A DNA stretch of 32,000 nucleotides from positions 3,600,001 through 3,632,000 of the forward strand of contig NZ_CP147990.1 of NCBI RefSeq assembly GCF_037902255.1, in the 5' to 3' direction. The position numbers and the translations under genes were made by a program. This DNA is from Candidatus Electrothrix sp. GW3-4. Its GTDB lineage: Bacteria; Desulfobacterota; Desulfobulbia; Desulfobulbales; Desulfobulbaceae. The notes below the pieces were generated by a model, which was given only the letters and a program-made list of their open reading frames with translations, did no database searches and was not told where the DNA came from. Every line of letters begins with the position of its first letter. Positions within the stretch are counted from its first letter, which is position 1. Shown here piece by piece: positions 7,084 through 16,980 of the stretch.

Positions 7084-9641
7084 GTTTCGACCTGATCTTC
7101 AACCTGATCTTCGGCCAATGCGATGAGTTTTTGCACGGCATCCGCAACGGTCGGCAGCTTACTGAAATCTCTTGCTGGCATTGTCTGGAGGGTCGCGTTT
7201 TGTTCTTCCTGGACAAAATCGTCCAGAATTTTATCCAGAGCCCCGGCAATGGCTTGAACATTATTAGCTGGCACAGCCAAATGACCATGTTCTGTGAGCA
7301 TGCTGTCCAGTTCCTCATTATTATAGACCAGACCGATAATGGGGCGTCCGGTCAGGAGATATTCATAGACCTTGGAGGGGATGGTCTCACAGGAAAAATA
7401 GATAATATTCTGGATAACCAGTAGGCAATCAGTCTGCTGCATGGCGACCAAGGCCTGCTGTCGTGAAACAATCCCATGCCGAACAACCAGGTCAGTAAGC
7501 CCAAGCCGCTCCATTTCCCGCTCAGACGCTCCGTCAAAAGACCCGTACACGTCGACCTGCACTTTTTCACGGAATCCCGCCCGCTCTTTATACCGATTGA
7601 GAACCTGATGTAGGGCCTGGAAGAAGGTCACCAAGTTGCGGGTTCCAGCCAGCGAACCAAAATGAGCAAAATGGCAGCGTTCTTTTTTGCAGAAATGCTG
7701 TTGAAAAAGTTCCGGTATTGAGCCTGGATACACAACAGCTCCACGACATTGCCCGCCTGTCCTTCTCCTGCAATGCCGCATCGCTGCCTGAACGAGAAAG
7801 ACAAATGCATCCGCATGTTGACCTATCTTTTTTTCCAGGGCCTTGTATACCCGTAATACTCTTTTGCCCCGTCGCCAGCCATGATCATGCACCAAGGGGT
7901 CCTGGGTTTCAGCAATCCAGGTACAACCGGTCCAACGTTTGATCAGCAGGCCAGCAACGTGGGCTGAGGCAGATCCTCCTGTGGAATAGACAACTTCCGG
8001 TCGCAGTTGCCGACAGAGGAGGAAGCCACGCAACGAGGCAAGAAAACACCAGGACCACTCACTCTCCATATTGATGAGGATTTTTTCAAGGAGGTAAAAA
8101 GGGAATATCGGTATCATACAGATGGATTCAACCAGTTTGAACTGCCAACGTTTCTGGAGATGTTTTCGGAGAAAATGGCGGAGTTCAAAACGGATGCCTG
8201 AGGGGGCAAGGCTCAGGGTTCTGAAATGTATCCATTTATCTGAAGGGTTGCCAACCGGACCGCTGAGCAGAATCGGCTCAATTCCTTGGTCGCGGAAAAA
8301 AGGCAGGCGATCATCAATATGTTGAGAGCAGGCTGAGCCTGGAATATTGGCCCGGTAAGAGAGAATCAACCAGCATCTTGGAGAGGCATTTTCGGCAAGG
8401 ACCTCCTGGAGCCGTTGATCAGGTTTCTCTTTAAACAGGGCTGCTGCCATGACAACAAAGAAGAAGGCGGTTTGATAGACTGTAAGGTAGGATTCTGCCA
8501 ACATTATGACCAGGAAGAAGAGAGGCAGTGCTATGCGGAGCCGCTGGAATGGGTCCGGGAGCAATTTTGCCAGCACGAACATGATGATAAAGATCAACAA
8601 AAAGAGGAGGAGACCTGCTCCGCCAAGCATGGCACCTACCAGTACATACTGATTATGGGGGTTGTCGGTTGCAATGCTGGCCGGACTTCTTGTGCTGTTG
8701 ACCTCGGCATAGGCAGACTGAAAGTCACCGGTTCCCACCCCAAACCATGGATGATGTCGAATTATTTCAAGAGAATTTTGAAAGAACAGTAGGCGCATGC
8801 CCACCGAGGTGTCAGGATTTTTTTGAAAACCTTCTATTTCCTGCCGGGCCAAATTAACCCGTTGTTGGAAAGTCGGACTGTACAGGTATCCTATGATGCT
8901 GATGGAGGGCAGGAGGAGAAGGATCGCTAAAGTCGCCTTGAGTCGATTTTGGGCAAAGATCTGGAATAGCAGCAGGCCCATAAGGACAAGAAAAACCGCT
9001 TGGCCGGTCCTCCCCTCGGTGATGAACATATTCACCGTCATCAGGGCGGCAAGGGAAAAAAGAAGCAGACGAGCAGCAGGGTTCCGGCGAGCCAGCCCCC
9101 AAATTGCCTCATGAAAAAGCAAATATATGGCAAAGGCCAAGAGGGGATTATAGATAACGTGAAAGGTCTTCGGGGTCAGGTGGGTTGGGCTGACATCTGC
9201 ATACTGCACCAGCCCAAAACGAGCCAGAAAGGTCATGCCCATAGCCAGCGTCATCCCGCCCAGGAAGGCATAAAGATATAAGGCGCGATAGCGATAGGCT
9301 GCTGCGGTCAGGATCACAGGCAGCAGAGCAAGCTTCCATTGGTCTTTCAGGGCCTCAAGTCCAGCTACAAGGTCATCGGTCCAAAGGAGGCCCAGGCAGA
9401 GCAGGGCAAGAAAGGAAAATACGGCAACTGCAACGGGGTGAGAAACGATCTCAAGACCTTTTTCTATAAATCTGCCCTCAAGCAGCCAGAGCAAGAGAAT
9501 CAGGATGGCCAGCACAGAAACCGCTGAGGTGGACAGGGGCACAGCAAAGGCCAGCAGCGCAGGGAGCAGGCTATTGATCTGGCCGACCCGGTCGCGAAAG
9601 GAGCGGGAAAGGGGACTTTTCTGTTCGGGTGTTGGGTTCAT
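7074..9641 (-). CDS. fusion protein: N-terminal O-antigen ligase/polymerase-like (Wzy_C/WaaL-type) polytopic membrane domain + C-terminal GT-B (GT4-like) glycosyltransferase domain
   Basis: The N-terminal roughly 420 aa are multi-TM, with a periplasmic loop ...RHHPWFGVGTGDF...NPHNQYV typical of WaaL/Wzy_C. The C-terminal roughly 430 aa are soluble, with a GT-B-like tail (IPSKVYEYLLTGRPIIG). Confidence 0.7.
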   Translation of the reverse strand: MNPTPEQKSPLSRSFRDRVGQINSLLPALLAFAVPLSTSAVSVLAILILLLWLLEGRFIEKGLEIVSHPVAVAVFSFLALLCLGLLWTDDLVAGLEALKDQWKLALLPVILTAAAYRYRALYLYAFLGGMTLAMGMTFLARFGLVQYADVSPTHLTPKTFHVIYNPLLAFAIYLLFHEAIWGLARRNPAARLLLFSLAALMTVNMFITEGRTGQAVFLVLMGLLLFQIFAQNRLKATLAILLLLPSISIIGYLYSPTFQQRVNLARQEIEGFQKNPDTSVGMRLLFFQNSLEIIRHHPWFGVGTGDFQSAYAEVNSTRSPASIATDNPHNQYVLVGAMLGGAGLLLFLLIFIIMFVLAKLLPDPFQRLRIALPLFFLVIMLAESYLTVYQTAFFFVVMAAALFKEKPDQRLQEVLAENASPRCWLILSYRANIPGSACSQHIDDRLPFFRDQGIEPILLSGPVGNPSDKWIHFRTLSLAPSGIRFELRHFLRKHLQKRWQFKLVESICMIPIFPFYLLEKILINMESEWSWCFLASLRGFLLCRQLRPEVVYSTGGSASAHVAGLLIKRWTGCTWIAETQDPLVHDHGWRRGKRVLRVYKALEKKIGQHADAFVFLVQAAMRHCRRRTGGQCRGAVVYPGSIPELFQQHFCKKERCHFAHFGSLAGTRNLVTFFQALHQVLNRYKERAGFREKVQVDVYGSFDGASEREMERLGLTDLVVRHGIVSRQQALVAMQQTDCLLVIQNIIYFSCETIPSKVYEYLLTGRPIIGLVYNNEELDSMLTEHGHLAVPANNVQAIAGALDKILDDFVQEEQNATLQTMPARDFSKLPTVADAVQKLIALAEDQVEDQVETCC

Positions 9642-9652
9642 CGATATCTTGG

Positions 9653-11386
9653 TTATCTGTCAGCATACTGCATGGTATATAACCCTTCATAGACACCATG
9701 CTCCTTGAGGAGGTTCTCATGGGTTCCCTCTTCCACCAATCGTCCGTCCTGCATCACAATGATGCGGTCGGCATTCTTGATTGTGGAAAGGCGATGAGCG
9801 ATGACAATAGTGGTCCGGTTTTTCATCAGGTTGTCCAGGGCTTTTTGAACCTTGCGTTCTGATTCCGTGTCCAGGGCCGAGGTGGCCTCATCCAGAACCA
9901 AGATTGGTGCGTCTTTGAGGATGGCCCGGGCAATAGACACGCGCTGACGTTGGCCCCCGGAAAGACGGGTTCCTGATTCACCGATCACTGTATCGAAACC
10001 TTTGGGCAGATCCTCAATAAACTCCAGGGCAAAGGCGGCTTCCGCAGCCTGCCGGATGTCCTCATCTGTGCAGTTTGGACTGCCATAGCCGATATTCTTT
10101 CCCACTGTATCGTTGAACAGGATGGTTTGCTGAGTGACTAAGGCAATCTGGCTGCGCAGAGAGTGCAGGGTCAGGTCCCGGATATCATAGCCATCAATAC
10201 GTAGGGTCCCTTGGGTGATATCGTGAAATCGAGGGATCAGGCTGGCCAGGGTTGTCTTGCCGCCGCCGGAAGGACCGACGACTGCGAGAATTTCTCCTTG
10301 GGCAACCTTGAGGCGGATATCCCGCAGCACGGGTTCTTCCTTATCGTAGGAAAAGGTGACCTTATCGAATTCAATGGCATCATGAAAACGGGGCAGTACT
10401 TGACTGTTCGGCTTTTCTTTGATCTCCGGCTCAATGTCGAGCAGGTTAAAGACGCGGATGGCAGCGGCCATACCCGACTGGATTGTCGAGTTGATTTTGC
10501 TCACGCCTTTGACCGGCTCATAAAGCATAACCAAGGCGGTGAGAAAGGACATAAAGGTGCCTGGTGTGGAATTGCCGCCAAGAACCTGCATACCCCCGAA
10601 CCAGATAATTAGGGCCATGCCGATTCCGCCGAGAAACTCAATTAGGGGATGAGAAAGGCTCCGGAACTTGGTTTCCGTCATCAGGGTGTCAAAAAGGTAC
10701 TGCATTTTTTTTCCAAAGAGCTTCTTTTCCTGCTCTTCCATGCAGAAGGCCTTGACGATGCGGGCGCCTCGGATGGTCTCGTTGAGAAAATCACTGGCTT
10801 CCCCCATGCCCTGCTGATAGCTGGTGCTGATCCGACGAAATTTTTTACCAAAGACCACAATGGGCACCGCAGCCATAGGGATGAAGATCAGCGAGACAAA
10901 GGCCAGTCGCCAATCCATATAAAAAATCACGCCGAGAAGACCGCATACCGTAAAGAAATCTCGCAGCAAATGGATAAGCGCATGGGAGACAGATCCCTGG
11001 AGCATACTGACATCGTTCATGATCCTGGAGATGAGCTCGCCGGTGGAGTTCTTATGAAAAAAGCCCATAGACAGGTCATTGAGATGGGCATAGATCCTGT
11101 TGCGCAGATCTTTAATTACGCATTGCCCAATCCATTCAAGAAGATAAGAGTAGAGAAAATAAAAGACGCCTTTCACTAAAAAAACAGTGAGCAGGGCAAG
11201 GGGAAGGATGACCAACCATTCTTCATTTTTTTGGTAAAAGATCTCATCAAGCAATGGCTTGACCATGTAGGCCTGAGCCGCATTGAAGCCAGCAACAATA
11301 ATCATTGCCAGCATGGCAATAACCAATTTTTTCCTGTACGGTTGCATGACCTGATACAGGCGGGTGAGTATGGTCTTGTTTGTCAT
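9653..11386 (-). CDS. msbA: lipid A export ABC transporter (fused permease/ATPase), MsbA-like
   Basis: A 6-TM type-I exporter domain is followed by an NBD with Walker A GPSGGGKTT, signature LSGGQRQR and Walker B ILVLDEATSALD. The LPS-core gene context supports the MsbA call. Confidence 0.75.
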   Translation of the reverse strand: MTNKTILTRLYQVMQPYRKKLVIAMLAMIIVAGFNAAQAYMVKPLLDEIFYQKNEEWLVILPLALLTVFLVKGVFYFLYSYLLEWIGQCVIKDLRNRIYAHLNDLSMGFFHKNSTGELISRIMNDVSMLQGSVSHALIHLLRDFFTVCGLLGVIFYMDWRLAFVSLIFIPMAAVPIVVFGKKFRRISTSYQQGMGEASDFLNETIRGARIVKAFCMEEQEKKLFGKKMQYLFDTLMTETKFRSLSHPLIEFLGGIGMALIIWFGGMQVLGGNSTPGTFMSFLTALVMLYEPVKGVSKINSTIQSGMAAAIRVFNLLDIEPEIKEKPNSQVLPRFHDAIEFDKVTFSYDKEEPVLRDIRLKVAQGEILAVVGPSGGGKTTLASLIPRFHDITQGTLRIDGYDIRDLTLHSLRSQIALVTQQTILFNDTVGKNIGYGSPNCTDEDIRQAAEAAFALEFIEDLPKGFDTVIGESGTRLSGGQRQRVSIARAILKDAPILVLDEATSALDTESERKVQKALDNLMKNRTTIVIAHRLSTIKNADRIIVMQDGRLVEEGTHENLLKEHGVYEGLYTMQYADR

Positions 11387-11788
11387 AAAATAGCATCGTT
11401 TTTTTTCAAAAGCGTTGTGCAGCGCCTTGGCCAGATCCCTTGTCCTCTCAGCAGGATAGCAACACAGGTGCTTCTTTCAAAGAATATGCTGAGAAGCACG
11501 GAAAACCGGTGACTGAGGAGGCTGGGAAGGTATGTTCATACAGATGCTGGGAACCTATATTATGCCTTAGCAAATATCAAGTAAATAGTAGGATGCTGCT
11601 CAAAATAGCTGGTAAAAGATGGGCGGCCAGATGATTCTCATAGCGGAAGAGAAGAACAGGCTGTACAGGGAGGAGCAAGCTACAGGTTGAAGGTTTGTCG
11701 TGGAGAGTGTAGAATGCGCCCCTGTTGTCTCCGGGTATACGTTCTGACCTGTATCTTACTGCAAATTTCCGAGCGGAGTTTATCTTTC

Positions 11789-12166
11789 ATGCAACGCTTT
11801 ATTTTTTCAATACTTGCTGCTCTGTTGTTCCTTGTTGGTTGCTCCTCAAAGCCGATTCGCCATTTGGCCTCAGATGCTGCTTTAGTTGAGCCGGGAAAAT
11901 CTACACGAGAGGAGGTAGTGCGTTATCTGGGGCAGCCTGATAGACGCCGCCGCCTTTCCCCCGGTGTGGAGGAATATGTCTACTATAATGAACGCAAAGG
12001 ATTTTTCGGGAAGTTGCCCTTTGCTGGTAAGCTGGCTGATCCCAAAAGCTATGAAATGATCCTGGTCACCCTGGATGGCGATGTGGTGACGGATTGTGAT
12101 TTTCTGATCCATAAAGCAGGTGATGAGGACTGGGCGAGCGACTTGAACGGAGATGAACTTCCGTGA
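11789..12166 (+). CDS. SmpA/OmlA (BamE-like) outer-membrane lipoprotein
   Basis: The internal ATG at 11789 gives [20 protein letters not shown], a lipoprotein signal with lipobox LVGC. The motif [16 protein letters not shown] resembles BamE. The ORF-track start at 11687 is probably too far upstream. Confidence 0.6.
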   Translation: MQRFIFSILAALLFLVGCSSKPIRHLASDAALVEPGKSTREEVVRYLGQPDRRRRLSPGVEEYVYYNERKGFFGKLPFAGKLADPKSYEMILVTLDGDVVTDCDFLIHKAGDEDWASDLNGDELP

Positions 12167-12819
12167 GTGCAAGCGCCCTCTCTGCTTTTGCCATTCATCG
12201 GCAACGAATGACGGAAACGCTTGTTGAACGCGGCATTCAAGATCCTGCGACGTTGCGTGCCATGACCGAGGTGCCTCGACATCAGTTTGTCGAAGATGCT
12301 ATGCAGGCCCGGGCCTATGGTGATTTCCCCTTGCCCATTGGTTCTAACCAGACTATCTCCCAACCCTTTGTTGTCGCCTTGATGACCCAGGCACTCTGGC
12401 TTCAGGGCCATGAACGGGTGCTGGAAATCGGCACGGGCTCCGGTTATCAGGCTGCGGTGCTTTCCCGGCTCTGCAGGCAGGTGTACACGGTCGAACGGAT
12501 CCATTCCCTCCTTGGCCGCGCCCGGAAGGTCTTTGATCAACTCCATTATTATAATATTATTTCCTGCATAGATGATGGTACGGTGGGCTGGGCTGATCAG
12601 GCCCCTTTTGATGCGATCGTGGTGACAGCAGGCGGCCCAAAGATTCCAGAACCCCTGGTGGAGCAGCTGGCAGATCCGGGCAGGATGGTTATGCCGGTGG
12701 GTACGCAAGAAGAGCAGGAATTGCAGCTTCTGGAGAAGCGCAACAGAAGAATCAGGATACAATCTATCGGGCATGTTCGCTTTGTCAACCTGATAGGGGA
12801 ACACGGCTGGAGAGAATAG
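12163..12819 (+). CDS. pcm: protein-L-isoaspartate O-methyltransferase
   Basis: Contains [15 protein letters not shown] and the SAM-binding motif [16 protein letters not shown]. The GTG start overlaps the upstream stop (GTGA). Confidence 0.9.
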   Translation: MSASALSAFAIHRQRMTETLVERGIQDPATLRAMTEVPRHQFVEDAMQARAYGDFPLPIGSNQTISQPFVVALMTQALWLQGHERVLEIGTGSGYQAAVLSRLCRQVYTVERIHSLLGRARKVFDQLHYYNIISCIDDGTVGWADQAPFDAIVVTAGGPKIPEPLVEQLADPGRMVMPVGTQEEQELQLLEKRNRRIRIQSIGHVRFVNLIGEHGWRE

Positions 12820-13542
12820 ATGGAGAAGGAAGAGGGAAAGGCGCAAAAGGAGCAGGAGCTACGTGCTGCCAAGCAAAAAAAGCCCGGCCTGATCCGGCGT
12901 CTCTATGATTGGATGTTGAGCTGGGCAGACAGTCCCTATGGGCTGCATGCCCTTGTCATTATCTCATTTGCCGAATCCAGCTTTTTCCCCATTCCACCTG
13001 ATGTGCTGCTGATTGCCTTGGTCCTTGGGGCAACCACCCGTTGGTACAAGTTTGCCTTGTGGTGCACCTTGGCCTCAGTGGTTGGCGGGCTGGCTGGCTA
13101 CGGTATTGGGGTCTTCGGCTGGGAGACTATCGGGCAATGGATTATCCAGCACATCGCCCATATGAAGTTGACTGAGGTGAATGGTCGACTGGACATAGCG
13201 CTTCCCACCTACCTTGTCTCCAGTTTGGGCACTTCCTTAGGCGGAGAATACCTCTTTCAGGTCTACGATCACTGGAACGCCTGGATTGTCTTTGTCTTTG
13301 GCCTGACACCTCTGCCATACAAGCTGGTCACCATTACCGCTGGCGTAGCCCGGGTCAATCTCCCGGTTTTCTTGGTCGCCTCCATCCTTTCCCGGTCCTT
13401 GCGCTTTTTCCTGGTGGCCTGGATCCTCTCAAAATGGGGTGTTCCAGCAAGGCGCTTTATTGATCGCTATTTCAATCTACTGTCAATTGCTTTTGTTGTG
13501 TTACTGGTTGGTGGTTTTTTAATTTTAAAATTGGTTATGTAA
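12820..13542 (+). CDS. YqaA/DedA-family (SNARE-associated) inner membrane protein
   Basis: FAESSFFPIPPDVLLIAL is the characteristic YqaA/DedA motif. The protein is multi-TM and starts immediately after the pcm stop. Confidence 0.7.
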   Translation: MEKEEGKAQKEQELRAAKQKKPGLIRRLYDWMLSWADSPYGLHALVIISFAESSFFPIPPDVLLIALVLGATTRWYKFALWCTLASVVGGLAGYGIGVFGWETIGQWIIQHIAHMKLTEVNGRLDIALPTYLVSSLGTSLGGEYLFQVYDHWNAWIVFVFGLTPLPYKLVTITAGVARVNLPVFLVASILSRSLRFFLVAWILSKWGVPARRFIDRYFNLLSIAFVVLLVGGFLILKLVM

Positions 13543-13629
13543 CCTACCTGCCTTCTCATTGAATGCGGCGATTTACCTCGATCGTATTTCTTGAGAAGAA
13601 CGTTTTTTTTCGACCAGGACCGTTTTTTC

Positions 13630-13657
13630 TTGACCAAAAAAGTGCCGCTGGTATTAT
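13630..13657 (+). promoter_or_regulatory. sigma70-like promoter for the tRNA gene
   Basis: TTGACC (13630-13635), a 16-nt spacer, then TATTAT (13652-13657), about 20 nt upstream of the tRNA 5' end. Confidence 0.4.
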
Positions 13658-13677
13658 AGAGGGTTTGTGTTAATTGG

Positions 13678-13754
13678 GGGCCTATAGCTCAGTTGGCTAG
13701 AGCCACCGGCTCATAACCGGTAGGTCCTTGGTTCGAATCCAAGTAGGCCCACCA
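13678..13754 (+). tRNA. tRNA with CAT anticodon (elongator Met, or Ile2 if lysidine-modified; not an initiator)
   Basis: Manual cloverleaf: acceptor GGGCCTA/TAGGCCC, D-stem GCTC/GAGC, anticodon stem ACCGG/CCGGT with loop CTCATAA, T-arm CTTGG-TTCGAAT-CCAAG, encoded CCA. A paired G1-C72 and the absence of a GGG/CCC anticodon stem argue against fMet. Confidence 0.9.
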
Positions 13755-13961
13755 ATTTTCAGAAAGCTTAAGCAGAGAAATAGGAGATGGGCTATGACCA
13801 GCTCCTTTTTGATAACCTCATTCTTTTATCGTCTTTTGAGTCCTCATACCTTGAGCAAAAAATCCTGCCTGCTAAGGAGCTTTTCCTTACAGGACAGCAG
13901 AAAGCAAACGTCAATATGAGAGGTACACCCTTTATGGGCTGTGCCTCTTTTTCTTTTTATT

Positions 13962-14783
13962 GTGGTAAAAGTTCAGAATATACTTGATATTCTTCAAGGG
14001 ATAGCCCCTCTTGATCTCGCTCAGTCCTGGGATAATGTCGGTCTGCTCGTCGGCAACCCTGACAGTAGGGTCACCTCGATTCTCCTTGCCCTGGACCCGA
14101 CCACGTCCCTGCTGGCCGAGGCAGAGCGATGCCAGGCCGAACTTATCATCACCCATCATCCGGCTATCTTTCATCCTCTGAAAAGCCTGCGTTCGGATCG
14201 TCCTACAGAAAAATTTTCTCATGCCGCTGTGCAGGCGGGGATACATGTCATCGGTTGTCATACCAATCTGGATGCCACCTCTGGCGGGGTGAATGATGTG
14301 CTCGCGCAACTGCTTCACCTGCAAGAGACGACTCCTCTGCTGCCAGACGGCAGAGAGTATTGCGGAAAAAAAACAGGCCTGGGTCGAATCGGGATGCTTG
14401 CGGAGCCGATTTCTTCGGAGCATTTTCTGGAACAACTGGATGCCGTGCTTTCTCCCCCTTGGTTGCTGGAAGCGGGGTCACGGCCTGCCAAGGTTGCCCA
14501 GGTCGCGGTGTGCGGCGGATCCTGCTCTGATGTTGCTGCGACGGCCTTAGCTGCCGGAGCAGATGTGTTTCTCACCTCTGAAATTAAGCATGATGTAGCC
14601 CGCTGGGCTGAAGAAGCTGGGCTCTGGTTGCTTGATGGCGGGCATTTTGCTACGGAATATCCGGCAATGGAAGGATTACGACAGTTGCTCGTTGCGAGGA
14701 TGGAGACCGCTGGTCTGGAAGTGCAGGTGCAATGCGCTCAACAGGAGCCCCCACTACGCTTGGCAGCTGGAAAAAGTCGCTGA
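13962..14783 (+). CDS. Nif3-like dinuclear metal centre protein (YbgI/GTP cyclohydrolase 1 type 2 family)
   Basis: The N-terminus ILDILQGIAPLDLAQSWDNVGLLVG and HHP, CHTNLD motifs are present. The start is uncertain: GTG 13962 is preferred, and GTG 13941 is also possible. Confidence 0.85.
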   Translation: MVKVQNILDILQGIAPLDLAQSWDNVGLLVGNPDSRVTSILLALDPTTSLLAEAERCQAELIITHHPAIFHPLKSLRSDRPTEKFSHAAVQAGIHVIGCHTNLDATSGGVNDVLAQLLHLQETTPLLPDGREYCGKKTGLGRIGMLAEPISSEHFLEQLDAVLSPPWLLEAGSRPAKVAQVAVCGGSCSDVAATALAAGADVFLTSEIKHDVARWAEEAGLWLLDGGHFATEYPAMEGLRQLLVARMETAGLEVQVQCAQQEPPLRLAAGKSR

Positions 14784-14913
14784 GGAAACTGGCGGTTTAT
14801 GCGGCAAGAGGAGAAGGAATGAGCATCGCCACAGATTTTTTTGATACTATTTTTTTCAATTTTTAACACGCCGGCCTTTCTATGGGTCGGATTGGATACA
14901 TGAGGAGTTTACC

Positions 14914-15639
14914 TTGAAAGAAGATATCAGCGTGCTTATAGCCCTGCAGGAACTTGATACAGAACTTTCTGGATTTGACCGGAAAATTGAGGAACAGAAA
15001 CAGGAGTTGACAGCGCGCGAGCAGGCCATCGCTGAAAAAGAAGCCCTTGCTGGCCAATGCAAGGAAAAAGCGGTGGAACTGGAGCAGAGCCAACGTGATA
15101 TCAAGGCAGGCAGCGAAGATGCCGCAGAGCGCATTAAGGATCGCCAGAGCAAGATGATGCAGGTGCAGACCAGCCGGGAGCATCAGGCCTTGCTCAAAGA
15201 GATTGAAGAGGCGAAAAAGACCATCAAGGATGCTGAGGAACAGCAGCTTCAGGTGCTGGAGCAGGTCGAGGCAGAAGAGGCCCAGGCCAAAGAGCTGGAG
15301 AATCTCTGCACAGGTGAACGGAAGTTGCTTGCTGAGGAGACCGGCAAGGTGGAAAAGGCCATTGAAGGCCTTAATAAGCAGCGTTTGGCTGTGCAGGAGA
15401 AACGCGATCAGCTTGCGCAGAATGTCCCTTCCTCCCGGATAAAACGCTATAACAAGCTCCTCAAAAAGCGTGAAGGGCTTGCCGTTGTTCAAGTCATTGA
15501 TGCAGTTTGCCAGGGCTGCTTTATGACCATACCGCCGCAGAAGTATAATGATATCCGTTTGGGGGAGCAGATCTATTCCTGCCCGACCTGCCAGCGTACG
15601 CTCTATTATCTTCCTGAGCCTGAAGAGGCTGATGCCTAA
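14914..15639 (+). CDS. COG1579 coiled-coil / C4 zinc-ribbon protein (usual Nif3 neighbour)
   Basis: A long E/K/Q-rich coiled coil is followed by CQGC...CPTC. The TTG start is preceded by GAGGAG at 6-nt spacing. Confidence 0.8.
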   Translation: MKEDISVLIALQELDTELSGFDRKIEEQKQELTAREQAIAEKEALAGQCKEKAVELEQSQRDIKAGSEDAAERIKDRQSKMMQVQTSREHQALLKEIEEAKKTIKDAEEQQLQVLEQVEAEEAQAKELENLCTGERKLLAEETGKVEKAIEGLNKQRLAVQEKRDQLAQNVPSSRIKRYNKLLKKREGLAVVQVIDAVCQGCFMTIPPQKYNDIRLGEQIYSCPTCQRTLYYLPEPEEADA

Positions 15640-16240
15640 TTCTTCCTTAGATCAAGCTGCTCTTGCAACTGCTCTTGGGAAACAGCTGCCAGATGCTACC
15701 TTGGCAACCCTGTTCCCGGATTATGCCCTTGCTGAGATACGCGCGGTCCTGCGGGGCCAACAGAAGACAGCGCGCCCGCTTATCCAGGCTGTTCAGCAGC
15801 AGAGCCTGTTTTCCGAACCGGCTGCCGATACCGCTCTTGCCTGTCAACTCTTTAGCGACGGGGCCTCCCGGGGGAATCCCGGAGAAGCTGGGGCCGGGAG
15901 CGTCCTTTTGGATGGCAAAGGTCAGGAACTTGCGGCCCGTTCCCGTTACCTCGGCCAGTGTACTAATAATGTAGCAGAGTACAAGGCCCTTGTTCTTGGC
16001 CTGCAATCCGCCCTTGAGCTGGGCTGCGCCCGGCTGGAGATCTTCCTTGATTCCCAACTGATTGTCCGGCAGATTCAGGGACAGTACAAGGTCAAGAATG
16101 CAGCGTTGAAGCCCCTTTTTGAAGAGGTAAAGGCCCTGCTTGGTGAACTAAAGCACTGGTCTATTGCCCATGTGCCCCGGGAGCAAAATAAGCGAGCCGA
16201 TGCCTTGGCGAACCAGGGCATTGATGAAAAGGCGGCCTGA
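15632..16240 (+). CDS. RNase H family protein (RNase HI-like) with a roughly 65-aa N-terminal extension
   Basis: LFSDGASRGNPGEAGAG...NNVAEYKALVLGL...DSQLIV...REQNKRADALAN gives the DEDD catalytic pattern. ATG 15632 overlaps the upstream stop (ATGCCTAA); the ORF-track start at 15548 lies inside the previous gene. Confidence 0.8.
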   Translation: MPNSSLDQAALATALGKQLPDATLATLFPDYALAEIRAVLRGQQKTARPLIQAVQQQSLFSEPAADTALACQLFSDGASRGNPGEAGAGSVLLDGKGQELAARSRYLGQCTNNVAEYKALVLGLQSALELGCARLEIFLDSQLIVRQIQGQYKVKNAALKPLFEEVKALLGELKHWSIAHVPREQNKRADALANQGIDEKAA

Positions 16241-16473
16241 TTCTGCGCCAGATAAGGAGTTCTCTCGTATCTTCGAGAAATATTGCAGACTGAAGGCTGA
16301 ACATTTCTGGATTTTTCCAGAAGATTTCTCCTTTCAACCCAAAAATCTTCTGCCATTACCCAGAAAGATCCTGGCTTTTCCCGAGAAGCCTTTTGGTCTG
16401 GAATAGGAAAAATCTTGTTTATTATAGAGGCAGCTTTTGCTGTAACAGGCTGTGCTTGGGAGATGTATATAGT

Positions 16474-16843
16474 TGCAGGGCGGATGCATGGTCGCTCCGG
16501 CTTTAAGCCGGTGAGGAAAGTCCGAACACCAAAGGGCGCGGTGGTTCCTAACGGGAACTCCGGGTAACCGGGGGAAAGTGCCACAGAAAAGACACCGCCG
16601 ATGGAACGGGTAACCGTTCACAGGTAAGGTTGAAATGGTGAGGTAAGAGCTCACCGCCTTTGTGGCGACATAAAGGGCAGGGTAAACCCCACCGGGTGCA
16701 AGACCAAATAGGGAAACGTTTGAGGGCTGCCCGCCCAAAGTTTCCGGGTAGGTTGCACGAGGTGCCGGGCAACCGGCATCCCAGTCAAATGATCATGGCC
16801 TGCTTCGGCAGGAACAGAATTCGGCTTACAGTCCGCCCTGTTT
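16474..16843 (+). ncRNA. rnpB: RNase P RNA, bacterial type A
   Basis: Conserved blocks are present: GAGGAAAGTCCGAAC, GAAAGTGCCACAGAAA, CAGGTAAGGTTGAAATGGTG, GCAAGACCAAATAGG, ACAGAATTCGGCTTACAG. The P1 pairing gcagggcgga/tccgccctg defines the ends, there is a P3 hairpin ccggc-ttta-gccgg, and a T7 run follows. Confidence 0.93.
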
Positions 16844-16980
16844 TTTTCAGCAACATATTCAAGGTTGCTCAATGTCCTACAGTCGTTTTGAGCCCAAAGC
16901 GGTTATATCCCTGCTCGGCCTTTATCCGGTCGAGCAGTCGGGGAAAATTTCATAAATCTTTTGCGTCATGGTGGACGGAA

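Noticed and set aside
12049-12846. A 265-aa ORF on the minus strand
   Set aside because: It is antisense to pcm, whose SAM-methyltransferase motifs are clear, so it is a shadow ORF.
13755-13961. Integration hotspot or att site next to the tRNA(CAT) gene
   Set aside because: No integrase gene was found. By eye there is no repeat of the tRNA 3' end elsewhere in the window. The downstream genes are conserved housekeeping genes.
14863-15492. A 209-aa Leu/Phe-rich ORF on the minus strand
   Set aside because: It is the mirror image of the E/K/Q-rich coiled-coil coding region of the COG1579 gene. The plus-strand gene has a strong SD and a Zn-ribbon.
16075-16980. Several track ORFs (16075..16584 -, 16334..16738 -, 16548..16772 -, 16651..16872 -) and the first 107 codons of ORF 16660..18177 +
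   Set aside because: They lie on top of the RNase P RNA gene, which is unambiguous from its conserved blocks. The ispDF homology only begins at Met 16981. The ORFs arise by chance in GC-rich structured RNA.
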